A DNA stretch of 64,000 nt from Nitrosopumilaceae archaeon (GTDB taxonomy: Archaea > Thermoproteota > Nitrososphaeria > Nitrososphaerales > Nitrosopumilaceae), in contig OZ242365.1 of the NCBI GenBank assembly GCA_965208905.1, positions 896,001-960,000 on the forward strand. The letters run 5' to 3'. Of the stretch, positions 1-9,079 are shown in pieces. A program made the translations under genes and the position numbers. Position 1 is the stretch's first letter. Each line of letters opens with the position of its first letter. The notes beneath the pieces are model-generated. The model was not told where the DNA came from. It saw only the letters and a program-made list of their open reading frames with translations, and searched no databases.

Positions 1-248
1 ATCATAAAAAAGACTGCACCCACTGTTGTACAGTTGGCGTAGATCGCGACGTCAATGCAGTGGAGAATATACGGCGAACAAGCGCCGTATCCCGATATGG
101 TCGTCAGGTTTCGGCCAGTCTGGGCGAAGTCCGTCGTGATGTGGATGTAATCCTCGATCCCACACCACTCATACAGGGTTGCTGGAGCAACTGGGCTGAC
201 AGACTATCCCGCATGGTGGTGTAATCACCCGACTTTGCGGGAGGAACC
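1..248 (+). mobile_element. tnpB: 3' end of TIR-bounded tnpB element, group A (truncated by window start)
   Basis: Near-identical to 51009-51257 (encodes HKKDCTHC..VDRDVNAVENI.. tail, stop TAA at 222-224); ends in TIR CACCCGACTTTGCGGGAGGAACC at 226-248. Confidence 0.9.
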
Positions 249-298
249 TGTATTTACCAACAGCATGCATAAAATACAGAACATAATGTAAGTACATT

Positions 299-2083
299 AT
301 GACACATCGTGTGGCTGTTCTAGACAGCGATCTCTGCCAACCGCGAAAATGCGGCTTGGAATGCATAAAATATTGTCCAGTAAACAAGAGCGGCGCAGAC
401 TGCATAGTATTGGATGAGGGTGAAAAAAAAGCTCAGATTGATGAAGACATATGCAATGGATGTGGAATCTGCGTCAAAGTCTGCCCCTTTGATGCTATTA
501 CAATAGTGAATTTGGCATCCGAGTTAAAGACGGACAAGATACATCAGTACGACCAAAACTCATTTAGATTGTATAGACTTCCCACGCCTAGAAAAGGAGA
601 GGTGGTTGGGCTGCTTGGCCGCAATGGCATGGGAAAGAGTACCGTGGTGAATATACTTTCAGGTGGATTAATACCAAACTTGGGAGACTATGAGACTGAC
701 CCAAGTTGGGACGGCATAATCAAACACTTTGCTGGAACCGAACTGAAACAGCATTTTGAAAGCATACGCGATGGGAATATTGTATCATCCATCAAACCAC
801 AACAGGTACACCGAGTGGCATCTGCATTTAATGGTACAGGCAAAGATCTGATTGAGCAGTTTGATCAGAGAGGCGTGGGCAGACAGATGATACAAGAGTT
901 GGACTTGACCAATGCTATCCATCAACCTCTGAATGAGCTCAGCGGAGGTGAACTGCAGCGAATATCCATAGCTGTGGCCGCCTGTAAAAAGGCCGACTTT
1001 TACTTCTTTGATGAACCCTCCTCGTATAATGACATATTTCAAAGGACTGGTGTCGCCCGGGTAATTCAAAGTCTGGCCAATGCAGGGAGTAGCGTGATGG
1101 TAGTGGAGCACGACCTGACACTTTTGGACTTTCTGAGCGACTACATAGAGGTTCTGTATGGTGAGCCAGGTGCATACGGTATAGTCTCCAATGTTTTATC
1201 CACAAAGGTTGGAATAAACGTATTTCTGGATGGCTATCTACCTCAAGAGAATGTGAGGTTTCGAGAGAAAAAGTTCACATTTGTGGCATCATCTAGTAGT
1301 GATGACTTTACAAACTCTCCACCGATGGTGGAGTATACTGATATAACAAAAAAGTACGAGTCGTTCTCACTTTCGGTACATTCTGGAATGGTGAGAAAAG
1401 GTGAGATTTTAGGTATAATGGGTGCCAATGCTTTAGGCAAAACCACATTTATGAAGATCTTGGCGGGGGTTGAGGAGTCCGACTCGGGTACGGTTACAGG
1501 AGATATCAAGCTCTCTTACAAACCTCAATATTTACAAGCAGATACGGATATGGAGGTATCTGAACTGTTGAGTCGAACCATTGATGGTACTATAGAAGGT
1601 AGTGATGAGGAAGAGCGCATCGTATACCCACTAAGGGTGACCAAACTATACACAAAAAAGATAAACAGTCTCTCTGGAGGCGAACTGCAGAAGGTGGCCG
1701 TAGCTGCTTCTTTACTGCGAAAGGCAGACTTGTACTGTTTGGATGAACCATCGGCATTTTTGGATGTTGAAGATAGGATAGCGGTTGCCAAGTTTATTCA
1801 AAAGTTTGTCAGATCATTTGGTAAATCTGCAGTGATCATTGATCATGATTTACAGCTTATGGATTTGGTCTCTGACAGGATTGTGATATTTGAGGGAGAG
1901 TCCGGCAGGTCGGGTATAGCTCATCCTCCCACAACCAAATCTGATGCGATGAATAAATTTTTAGAGACACTGAATATCTCTTTTCGGCGAGATGAAAAGA
2001 GCATGAGACCCCGTGTAAATAAAACAAACAGTAGACTAGACAAGCAGCAGAAGGCAAGTGGCACATTTTATCTTTCTCGTTGA
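299..2083 (+). CDS. rli: ABCE1/RLI ribosome recycling ATPase
   Basis: N-terminal Fe-S cysteine motifs (CQPRKCGLECIKYCP; CNGCGICVKVCP) and two ABC domains (GRNGMGKS, GANALGKT, LSGGELQ). Confidence 0.97.
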   Translation: MTHRVAVLDSDLCQPRKCGLECIKYCPVNKSGADCIVLDEGEKKAQIDEDICNGCGICVKVCPFDAITIVNLASELKTDKIHQYDQNSFRLYRLPTPRKGEVVGLLGRNGMGKSTVVNILSGGLIPNLGDYETDPSWDGIIKHFAGTELKQHFESIRDGNIVSSIKPQQVHRVASAFNGTGKDLIEQFDQRGVGRQMIQELDLTNAIHQPLNELSGGELQRISIAVAACKKADFYFFDEPSSYNDIFQRTGVARVIQSLANAGSSVMVVEHDLTLLDFLSDYIEVLYGEPGAYGIVSNVLSTKVGINVFLDGYLPQENVRFREKKFTFVASSSSDDFTNSPPMVEYTDITKKYESFSLSVHSGMVRKGEILGIMGANALGKTTFMKILAGVEESDSGTVTGDIKLSYKPQYLQADTDMEVSELLSRTIDGTIEGSDEEERIVYPLRVTKLYTKKINSLSGGELQKVAVAASLLRKADLYCLDEPSAFLDVEDRIAVAKFIQKFVRSFGKSAVIIDHDLQLMDLVSDRIVIFEGESGRSGIAHPPTTKSDAMNKFLETLNISFRRDEKSMRPRVNKTNSRLDKQQKASGTFYLSR

Positions 2084-2931
2084 CCCGATTTTTAAAACGC
2101 CTTCTGGCTGATACACTAAACGATTATGAACTTGACAGTCTGATATCGGCATTTGATCAAATTGGCGACATTATAATAATTCGCATACCATCATCATTAT
2201 ACCCTAAAAGGATGGAGATTGGCAATGTTCTCTTAAATGAGATAAATGTGGTGAACCGTGTGTTTTGCCAGATAACTGATATCGGCGGCGAATATCGCAC
2301 CCGGAGTTTAGAGTTGGTGGCCGGTCAGGGAGACACTACTACTACATACAAAGAGAACGGCTGCACATTCGAGGTGGATGTGGAGAGGGTCTTTTTTACA
2401 CCACGTCTGGCAACGGAGAGAGCAAGGATATCTACAATGGTTCAGCCAAATGAAAAAGTACTGAACATGTTTGGCGGTGCAGGCATGTTCTCTATACAGA
2501 TGGCCAAAGACACTAACTGTACTGTGTATAATGTAGACATAAATCCTCAAGCTACTACTTTGTGTATACGCAATACACAACTGAACCGTCTAAAGGGCAG
2601 TGTCATATCTATCACAAACAATGCCAGTGCTATATGCCAAAGCATGCCAGATACCTTTGATAGGATTGTAATGCCGCTACCCGAGAGGACAGACGAATTT
2701 CTCAAAGATGCCGTATCGGCTATAAAAGATACTGGAGTAATACACTACTACTCCCACGTACATGCAGACCGCAAACAAAATGCCGTATCGGTTTTAAAAG
2801 AGCACTTTGATGATATATCGCCAACTTTACATAAAATAACTGATGGCCGGTTGGTACGGGCAGTTGGGCCCAGATACTATCAGGTCGTAATTGATGTTAT
2901 AATATACAAAATACTAGGCATCTGTGATTGA
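2080..2931 (+). CDS. Trm5/Tyw2 (Met-10+) family SAM-dependent tRNA methyltransferase
   Basis: FDQIGDI, YKENGC.F.VD, FTPRL..ER, NMFGGAG, DRIVMPLP motifs. Confidence 0.88.
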   Translation: MTRFLKRLLADTLNDYELDSLISAFDQIGDIIIIRIPSSLYPKRMEIGNVLLNEINVVNRVFCQITDIGGEYRTRSLELVAGQGDTTTTYKENGCTFEVDVERVFFTPRLATERARISTMVQPNEKVLNMFGGAGMFSIQMAKDTNCTVYNVDINPQATTLCIRNTQLNRLKGSVISITNNASAICQSMPDTFDRIVMPLPERTDEFLKDAVSAIKDTGVIHYYSHVHADRKQNAVSVLKEHFDDISPTLHKITDGRLVRAVGPRYYQVVIDVIIYKILGICD

Positions 2932-3129
2932 TGCAGAGGAGCGACGTGTAGTTGCCATGGAGTATCCTATCCAAGCTATTACGGCTAGCAGCGCACCTAC
3001 AATCATGAGCATGGATAACTGCATCACTATGGGACTCCATTCAGAGAGCATCAACAAGTATGCGTATGTGAAGAAGCCACCTATGCATAGTATGAATATC
3101 ATCAGACCTCCAGCTTTTCGCCTGTCCAT
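2914..3129 (-). CDS. small two-TM membrane protein
   Basis: Two hydrophobic helices, WIGYSMATT motif seen in small conserved archaeal membrane proteins. Confidence 0.65.
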   Translation of the reverse strand: MDRRKAGGLMIFILCIGGFFTYAYLLMLSEWSPIVMQLSMLMIVGALLAVIAWIGYSMATTRRSSASITDA

Positions 3130-3157
3130 CGAATTGTATCTACAAGTACCTAATTTA

Positions 3158-3673
3158 TCACTTTGAAGGAAATTCTATTGCCATGAGAAAAGCATCCTCA
3201 CCATCTCTATAGTATGAATTTAGTTGTTGCTTTATGACAAAGCCCAACCTTTCATATAGTCGTACAGCTCCATTGTTACTACATCTCACTTCAAGATACA
3301 TCTCTACACACTGCTTGCTTTGTATGCCTTTGATGGACTCCTCGACTAAAATGCGGCCTATGCCCCGTTTACGATAGTCGGGGAGTACTGCTACTGATAC
3401 CATGTGGCCCTTTTTGACAAATCCCAATCGTCGAAAAGACGAAAAACCATACTCGGTCTTGCACATTATATAACCAACATACTTGTCGCCTTCTAAAGCC
3501 ACTATGAAGGCTTCAGGTATCTCTGCTAGAAGGCTCTCATAAAAGTAGTCCGAATAGTGTTCTGGTAATGTCTTTAGATTTATCTCCATTATGGGTATGA
3601 GGTCTGATGGTTGTGCACGTCTGTATATACACCCATCACTCTCTCGCAATATGGATTGCATCGTAAACAACAC
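3158..3673 (-). CDS. rimI: GNAT N-terminal acetyltransferase (RimI/Ard1-like)
   Basis: LPEHY, GHMVSVAV, RKRGIG, LEVRCSN, YYRDGEDA. Confidence 0.92.
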   Translation of the reverse strand: MLFTMQSILRESDGCIYRRAQPSDLIPIMEINLKTLPEHYSDYFYESLLAEIPEAFIVALEGDKYVGYIMCKTEYGFSSFRRLGFVKKGHMVSVAVLPDYRKRGIGRILVEESIKGIQSKQCVEMYLEVRCSNNGAVRLYERLGFVIKQQLNSYYRDGEDAFLMAIEFPSK

Positions 3674-3698
3674 AAACTATGTTTTAATTAAATCATCA

Positions 3699-4070
3699 CT
3701 AAATACTATCTCTGGGAACTTCAAATGGTATGTGCCGACTATGAGTAACCAGGCTATATGAACGAAGAAGTATGTTACATTCATTAGAGCATTTTGCATC
3801 ATCGTGTTTCATCCCTAGACCGTCTTTGGTGGTAAGAATAGATTGGATTAATGGTATTATGGCTGCCCTGCCGCCATATGCGCCAATTTTAGTTATAACC
3901 CAGAACATATCTGTGGCAGTATCATCTAGAATTTGTTTTCTGATTCGTTTACCCTCAGGCGTATAATGGCCAATTATGGTGAGATTGCTGCCTGAAAGTG
4001 CATCCACAACAAGGGCAAAGCGATGGCACATCTTACAGGTATCATCATATAACATTATTGGCAACTGCAC
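3699..4070 (-). CDS. DCC/DUF393 thiol-disulfide oxidoreductase-like protein
   Basis: N-terminal LYDDTCKMC (DxxCxxC). Confidence 0.65.
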   Translation of the reverse strand: MQLPIMLYDDTCKMCHRFALVVDALSGSNLTIIGHYTPEGKRIRKQILDDTATDMFWVITKIGAYGGRAAIIPLIQSILTTKDGLGMKHDDAKCSNECNILLRSYSLVTHSRHIPFEVPRDSI

Positions 4071-4201
4071 AATGAATATACGGTGTATGGTGGTTAAAAA
4101 TTTTCAGCGTTGTATATTTTCTGAAACAATAGTGTGGTATTGCCCACATCCAAGATAATTACTTTGTCACACTTATAACACAGAGCATTGATCTTTCACC
4201 A

Positions 4202-5407
4202 ATGAATAGAATATTCGCTACTTTAGTGGCGATAACAATTGTAAGTATGATGTCTGGTGCCGGCGTTGCATTAGCCGAGATACCAGAAGAGGTAACCGTA
4301 GGCGGCGTGTTTGACATTACAGGCAGCTGGTCTGAGGAGGGCAGCTTGAGCAGGACGGCCGCGCAATACGCGGTGGACGACTTCAATGCGTATCTGGTGG
4401 ATATAGGCGCCGAATGGCAAATGAAACTGCTCATCGAAGACTCACAGGCATTGGGGCCTGTCGCGTTTGATAAAGTGTCGTCGCTCAATAGCCGCGGTGC
4501 TGATATAATAATTGGTATGGGGTTTAGCTCGCACCTTCAGCAATCGGCCGCATACGTGGATAACCACAACATGCTGGTCATATCCCACGCCTCGCAGGCC
4601 GCCAACTTGGAGATTGACGATAACATGTTCCGGTTGGTGCCCAGTGACAGTAACCAGGCGCCGGCCGTTGTGGCCATGATAGAGAATGCTGGCATTGAGG
4701 TACTAGTTCCCTTTGTACGAGATGATACTTGGGGCAACGGAATGCTGAATGCAGTAAAGGAACAGTATAGCGGCACCATACCCGATGAGTTCAAGTATGC
4801 TACTACGAATCTGGAGTTCTCTGCTGAGATAGGCACGCTAGATCTGCGCATTGGAGACCTGATAGAAGAGCATGGAGCCGACAAGGTGGGCGTACTATAC
4901 GTGGGAACCGATGAGTTCCTGACAATAATAGAAGGAACGAAACTATACGACAATGTGGATAATGTCAGGTGGTTCAGCACCAACACACAAGCGACCAATG
5001 AAGCGCTGTTCCAAAACGAGGATGCCGCCGAGTTCGTCGATACCGTGATGTTGACAGTGACCAAGCAGGGCAGCACGAGTGCAAACCACGTTACCGCGCA
5101 CGTTGATGACATACTGAACGCCACCTCTGAAAGAGCCCCATCGCAGTACACCTACGCGTCGTACGATTCAGTCTGGCTTTTGGGTGTGACCATCCTGCAG
5201 ACTGGTACCACTGATATATCGACTTTAGTGAATGCCATACCATTGGTAGCGGAGCATATGATTGGCTCTGCCGGTCCACTAAGGCTTACTGATAACGGCG
5301 ACCTGGCATATGCCGAATACTCCATACTACAAGCCTCCGGTGGAGAGTTTGTGACCATATATGACTACGATCCGGCTACAGACTCGCTGATTGATGTGGG
5401 GAACTAG
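4202..5407 (+). CDS. ABC-type branched-chain amino acid substrate-binding protein
   Basis: Signal peptide; type I PBP motifs (GGVFDITG, AVDDFN, FRLVPSD, YDSVWLL); no permease nearby. Confidence 0.85.
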   Translation: MNRIFATLVAITIVSMMSGAGVALAEIPEEVTVGGVFDITGSWSEEGSLSRTAAQYAVDDFNAYLVDIGAEWQMKLLIEDSQALGPVAFDKVSSLNSRGADIIIGMGFSSHLQQSAAYVDNHNMLVISHASQAANLEIDDNMFRLVPSDSNQAPAVVAMIENAGIEVLVPFVRDDTWGNGMLNAVKEQYSGTIPDEFKYATTNLEFSAEIGTLDLRIGDLIEEHGADKVGVLYVGTDEFLTIIEGTKLYDNVDNVRWFSTNTQATNEALFQNEDAAEFVDTVMLTVTKQGSTSANHVTAHVDDILNATSERAPSQYTYASYDSVWLLGVTILQTGTTDISTLVNAIPLVAEHMIGSAGPLRLTDNGDLAYAEYSILQASGGEFVTIYDYDPATDSLIDVGN

Positions 5408-5700
5408 CCTATTTCCAAAACTGTGTTATTTTTATGATCTTTTTATAATGTGACTTGGATGTCGTGCGATGCCGGATGGTTCCGTATGGCAGCCCATATG
5501 CAGGGATCTTCTGGTGATCTAACTCTGACTGAATACGGTGATCTGGTTGGGTCAAAATTTGTGATAACGCAAGTTGTAGACGGTACTTGTGTCGAGCTCG
5601 CAGAAGAGTGATTCTTTTTTTAATAGTGAATCTCCACACTGATGGCTCAGATGGGTATGGCTTGCTCGAACTTTACAAGAGCGACTAATGGTGCCGCTCA

Positions 5701-6492
5701 TCACTTGCCCATGCGACGCTTACGTTTCTGAAACGTACGTATTGCTCTTAACAAATCTATTTTTCTAAATTCTGGCCATAATATGTCCATAAAGACAAGC
5801 TCACTATATGCTCCTTGCCACAGTAAAAATCCACTTAATCTCTTCTCCCCTGATGTGCGCAGTATCATATCTGGTGATGATTGGGGAAGGTGTGATGTAT
5901 ACAAGTTTGACTCAATCTCTTTGGCAGTAATGTCGTTCACATGAATTTCTCCTCTGCAAACCTTTGCAACAATCTTCTTTATTGCATCTAATACCTCATC
6001 TTGGCCGCCATACGCCATTGCTATGTTTAGATATCTACGGCTATACGACTTGGTTGCCTCATCCAGTTTTTTTAGTGCATCAAGTATGCTATCAGGTAAA
6101 AGTTCCATTTTGCCTATGGCACATACTCTGGTTTGATTGCGATGTATTCGAGGATCATTGTATAACTTCCAGAGCCGGGCCTCTATCAATTGATAGAGAT
6201 ACGATAACTCTTCATCTTCTCTAGATAGATTTTCTGCGGATAATACGTATAATGTAACTATTTTGATGCCTAACTCCTCGCACCAATCCAACAAGTTCTC
6301 TACAGCGTCGGCTCCACGAAAATGGCCTGCTTTCTCCAGAACAAGTTGTTTTTTTGCCCACCGCCTATTTCCATCAAGTATTACTGCTATGTGGCCAGGT
6401 ATGGTTCCTTGCTTTATCTCATGTTCTAATCGTCGTGAGTATATGTTGTACAGCCCCAAATAGCGAAGTATGATGTCGTGAGGATATCTCAT
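5701..6492 (-). CDS. uppS: polyprenyl (undecaprenyl) diphosphate synthase
   Basis: HIAVILDGNRRWA, YGGQDE, RTSGEKRLSGFLLWQ. Confidence 0.96.
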   Translation of the reverse strand: MRYPHDIILRYLGLYNIYSRRLEHEIKQGTIPGHIAVILDGNRRWAKKQLVLEKAGHFRGADAVENLLDWCEELGIKIVTLYVLSAENLSREDEELSYLYQLIEARLWKLYNDPRIHRNQTRVCAIGKMELLPDSILDALKKLDEATKSYSRRYLNIAMAYGGQDEVLDAIKKIVAKVCRGEIHVNDITAKEIESNLYTSHLPQSSPDMILRTSGEKRLSGFLLWQGAYSELVFMDILWPEFRKIDLLRAIRTFQKRKRRMGK

Positions 6493-6530
6493 TACTATGT
6501 TTGTGTGGTGGAGTTATATAGAAAGTATGA

Positions 6531-6745
6531 GCTGGTAACTAAACGTCGCGTCAGTTACCGGCCTGCCGTGCGGCAGATGTTGGTGGCGAACCACCATCCA
6601 GAGGAGTTACATTGAGACGTTCTTTGTTGGTTGGACTTTGACACCCGACCTTTGAACAGCCTGTACCGGCCATCACGTCACCAACGACACTGGGTATTGT
6701 GAGTGTCGCGAGATGTATCTTTCCTCTCAAGACCATTCCAGCCTG
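6531..6745. ncRNA. candidate structured non-coding RNA (unknown family)
   Basis: Dense hairpins plus a long-range stem 6600-6612/6713-6727; G(UUCG)C loop on the minus strand. Confidence 0.35.
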
Positions 6746-6830
6746 TCGTATAGCGAATAAACGGCCTATGGTTTCTAAACTTATTATTCTACTCAATGTG
6801 TAGTGAGAGATGTTGACTGTGGCATCCATA

Positions 6831-7115
6831 TGCGCAATCCCAAAATTAGTTTGCAATCTACGTGACATCATGTGCCCTCCCAGACTACTCGTCTACTATG
6901 GTGAATTCTTTAGGTAGCATCTTGCGTATAAACGCCTTGGCAGGATTTTCCAAATTGTCCCAACCCCGGGACATGTGAGGTCTGTGGTTCCCCTAGTGTA
7001 TAATCTCATGTATGTCTGAAAGCCACTTTTACTTGCGCGGTATCTCACCGTGAAACTACTCTAATTTGCCGTTTGTCTGGGCATGTTGCTTTATCTTTGT
7101 GGGCTGTATCTGCAT
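6831..7115 (-). pseudogene. IS481-family transposase remnant with right end
   Basis: Minus strand reads HAQTNGKLE*FHGEI..HRPHMS.. with stops, homologous to the 54963-55913 C-terminus; TIR-like end near 6831. Confidence 0.7.
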
Positions 7116-7119
7116 AAAC

Positions 7120-8256
7120 TCATGGTTGAGACTCAGTCTCGTCTTTGTGTTTACGCTTCCTCCAAAACAGTAACGCTGCAATCGTTAGTGTTGCCGCCAA
7201 ACCTGCCAATAGTGGAGGTATCAGTGTGAATGAGGTCTCATCATGCAACACAATGTTGGTAAATTGATACACAATGGGATACAGTGATGCTAATACCGCC
7301 AGCCGAAGTATGTCTATGGTGTGGGCCCTATTACTGCCAACCATATTTCCTAGAAGTGTACCAGCAAAGATGACTCCTATTCCTACCCATAATATGGGGA
7401 GCGCTCCGGCCACAAACTGACCTAGTATCTCTTTGTCAGTTATGGCAGATATGATATCTGTTCCTCCACTAAGCACTATGGGATCCAGTGCTGTTAACCC
7501 AGCAGGTATGGATGATAGTATCAGTATAATTCCGCCTACCAGCATAAACAACCGAATGAATCCAGATGGGGTTGGCCGTGTCCACTTGTAGAGAGTCTTG
7601 TCCACATCAAAGGCACGCACCAACAGTGCTCCACCAAATATGCTGACTAGTACGGCAAATATCTCTGCAGTGTATCCAAAGACACTACCAATGCCTCCTA
7701 TAAGTAACAATATACCCGGTAGACCCAAGAAGAACTTGGAGTATTTGGGGTCATACGCTATCATATTTAGATACTTGCCAAAGACTGCGTACGAGTACTC
7801 GACACTTCGGCTTACCTTCATGACTACCCGCTTTACCGACACCACAGGCACAACCCCTTGTATTATGGGTATGACTGATTCATCATCCTCGCCATCTGAA
7901 ACAACTATGACACCTGTCGCCGGAAACTTTTCTATTGTGTATTTGACTTCCTTGATTATCTTTTCATCGGCGGCAACACCACGATCCGCTGATCCTGCTA
8001 CGGTGACTACTTCGGCTTTGTACCCCTGACTCACCAAATCCTCATACATCTTTATAGCTGCAAATATGGAGTTGGAGTCTGCATCTTCAGGGTCTTCCAG
8101 TGCCAACCGTTGTGCAGCCTCTATACACGCGTCTCTTCCTACTGCTGGCGTCTCTATATTGGCTTTATCACCAATGTCGTTGTCTCTATCTACACATATC
8201 ACCAGCAATCGACTGTCTTTGGTTTGGATTTTAGAATCTTTTATAGATTGTTTCAT
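7120..8256 (-). CDS. DUF373 family membrane protein
   Basis: LVICVDRDNDIG, DPEDADSN, VSDGEDDE followed by TM helices. Confidence 0.9.
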   Translation of the reverse strand: MKQSIKDSKIQTKDSRLLVICVDRDNDIGDKANIETPAVGRDACIEAAQRLALEDPEDADSNSIFAAIKMYEDLVSQGYKAEVVTVAGSADRGVAADEKIIKEVKYTIEKFPATGVIVVSDGEDDESVIPIIQGVVPVVSVKRVVMKVSRSVEYSYAVFGKYLNMIAYDPKYSKFFLGLPGILLLIGGIGSVFGYTAEIFAVLVSIFGGALLVRAFDVDKTLYKWTRPTPSGFIRLFMLVGGIILILSSIPAGLTALDPIVLSGGTDIISAITDKEILGQFVAGALPILWVGIGVIFAGTLLGNMVGSNRAHTIDILRLAVLASLYPIVYQFTNIVLHDETSFTLIPPLLAGLAATLTIAALLFWRKRKHKDETESQP

Positions 8257-8567
8257 TGGTGATCTAGGTAATATTTTGTTTTTAACGATTACGCATTTTG
8301 GGTTCTGGAATTATATACTCGAGTCTACCGTGTGTATTGTTACTGGATTAGTAGGCGCGAACCCTCCCATTAAAAATGCATAGAGTAAGCCGGTCGTATA
8401 CCAGAAATATATGCTGGCAAAATAGATATGCAAACCTTGTACCTTTGGAACTATTATATCACTTGGTTAAACACAAGTTTTGTAACGCTGTTTTACTAGT
8501 ATATGTTTGTGGAATACATTTTCAGCCGAAGAATATTTTAAATACGCTTTGCATCATATTATACAAT

Positions 8568-8675
8568 ATGGATACTGTCGAGGAGCAGCTAAAAGAGATA
8601 GCTAGAATAAATACCAAAATCGATCGTCTTAGGAGTGATCTGAGAGATTGGAGAGCAAGATTGGATAAACTCTAG
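8568..8675 (+). CDS. very small coiled-coil protein
   Basis: TATA-like TTTTAAATA about 25 nt upstream of ATG; heptad-like sequence. Confidence 0.4.
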   Translation: MDTVEEQLKEIARINTKIDRLRSDLRDWRARLDKL

Positions 8676-8920
8676 TAAATATCATTCCTTGTTTTCAAAT
8701 TGTATATCTCCCGCTCAATCTTCTCGTCATCCTCATAGATGAGCGTTAACTTTTGTTCTAACTCTTTACACTCTAGTCCCAACTCATTATACCTCCTAAC
8801 CAACTCCTCACGTTCGTGTTGTTTCTTTTGTAGATCGGAGCGTCCTTTCTCAAGCTCGTTTTTCAGCTCACTATATTTTGCTTCTAGTTCCGTCAGTTCA
8901 TCCTTAACAGAGTTACCCAT
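8672..8920 (-). CDS. small coiled-coil hypothetical protein
   Basis: E/K/L-rich heptads; TATA-like TATTTAA upstream. Confidence 0.6.
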   Translation of the reverse strand: MGNSVKDELTELEAKYSELKNELEKGRSDLQKKQHEREELVRRYNELGLECKELEQKLTLIYEDDEKIEREIYNLKTRNDIY

Positions 8921-9079
8921 ACCGTAATATCAGTTGGTGTTCGTTAAATAGCTACAGGGTTTTAGCAGATGTTATGTCACCTATAATGCAACTCTATTAA
9001 TGTGAATCAACAAAAATTGATGATTTACTTATTATTTTTTAACTTTGTACATTATAACGTATTCTGTGATTACTAATAA

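Noticed and set aside
4537-5151. Long antisense ORFs (here and at 27817-28458, 50211-50882, 53942-54601)
   Set aside because: Shadows of well-supported genes on the opposite strand with no recognisable motifs.
5963-5976. TTTGCAACAAT resembling an IS26-like end
   Set aside because: Inside intact uppS and lacks the terminal GCC; chance match.
6531-6770. RNase P or SRP RNA assignment
   Set aside because: GAGGAAAG on the minus strand is not followed by UCC, and no 3' P4 strand or SRP helix-8 motif is seen.
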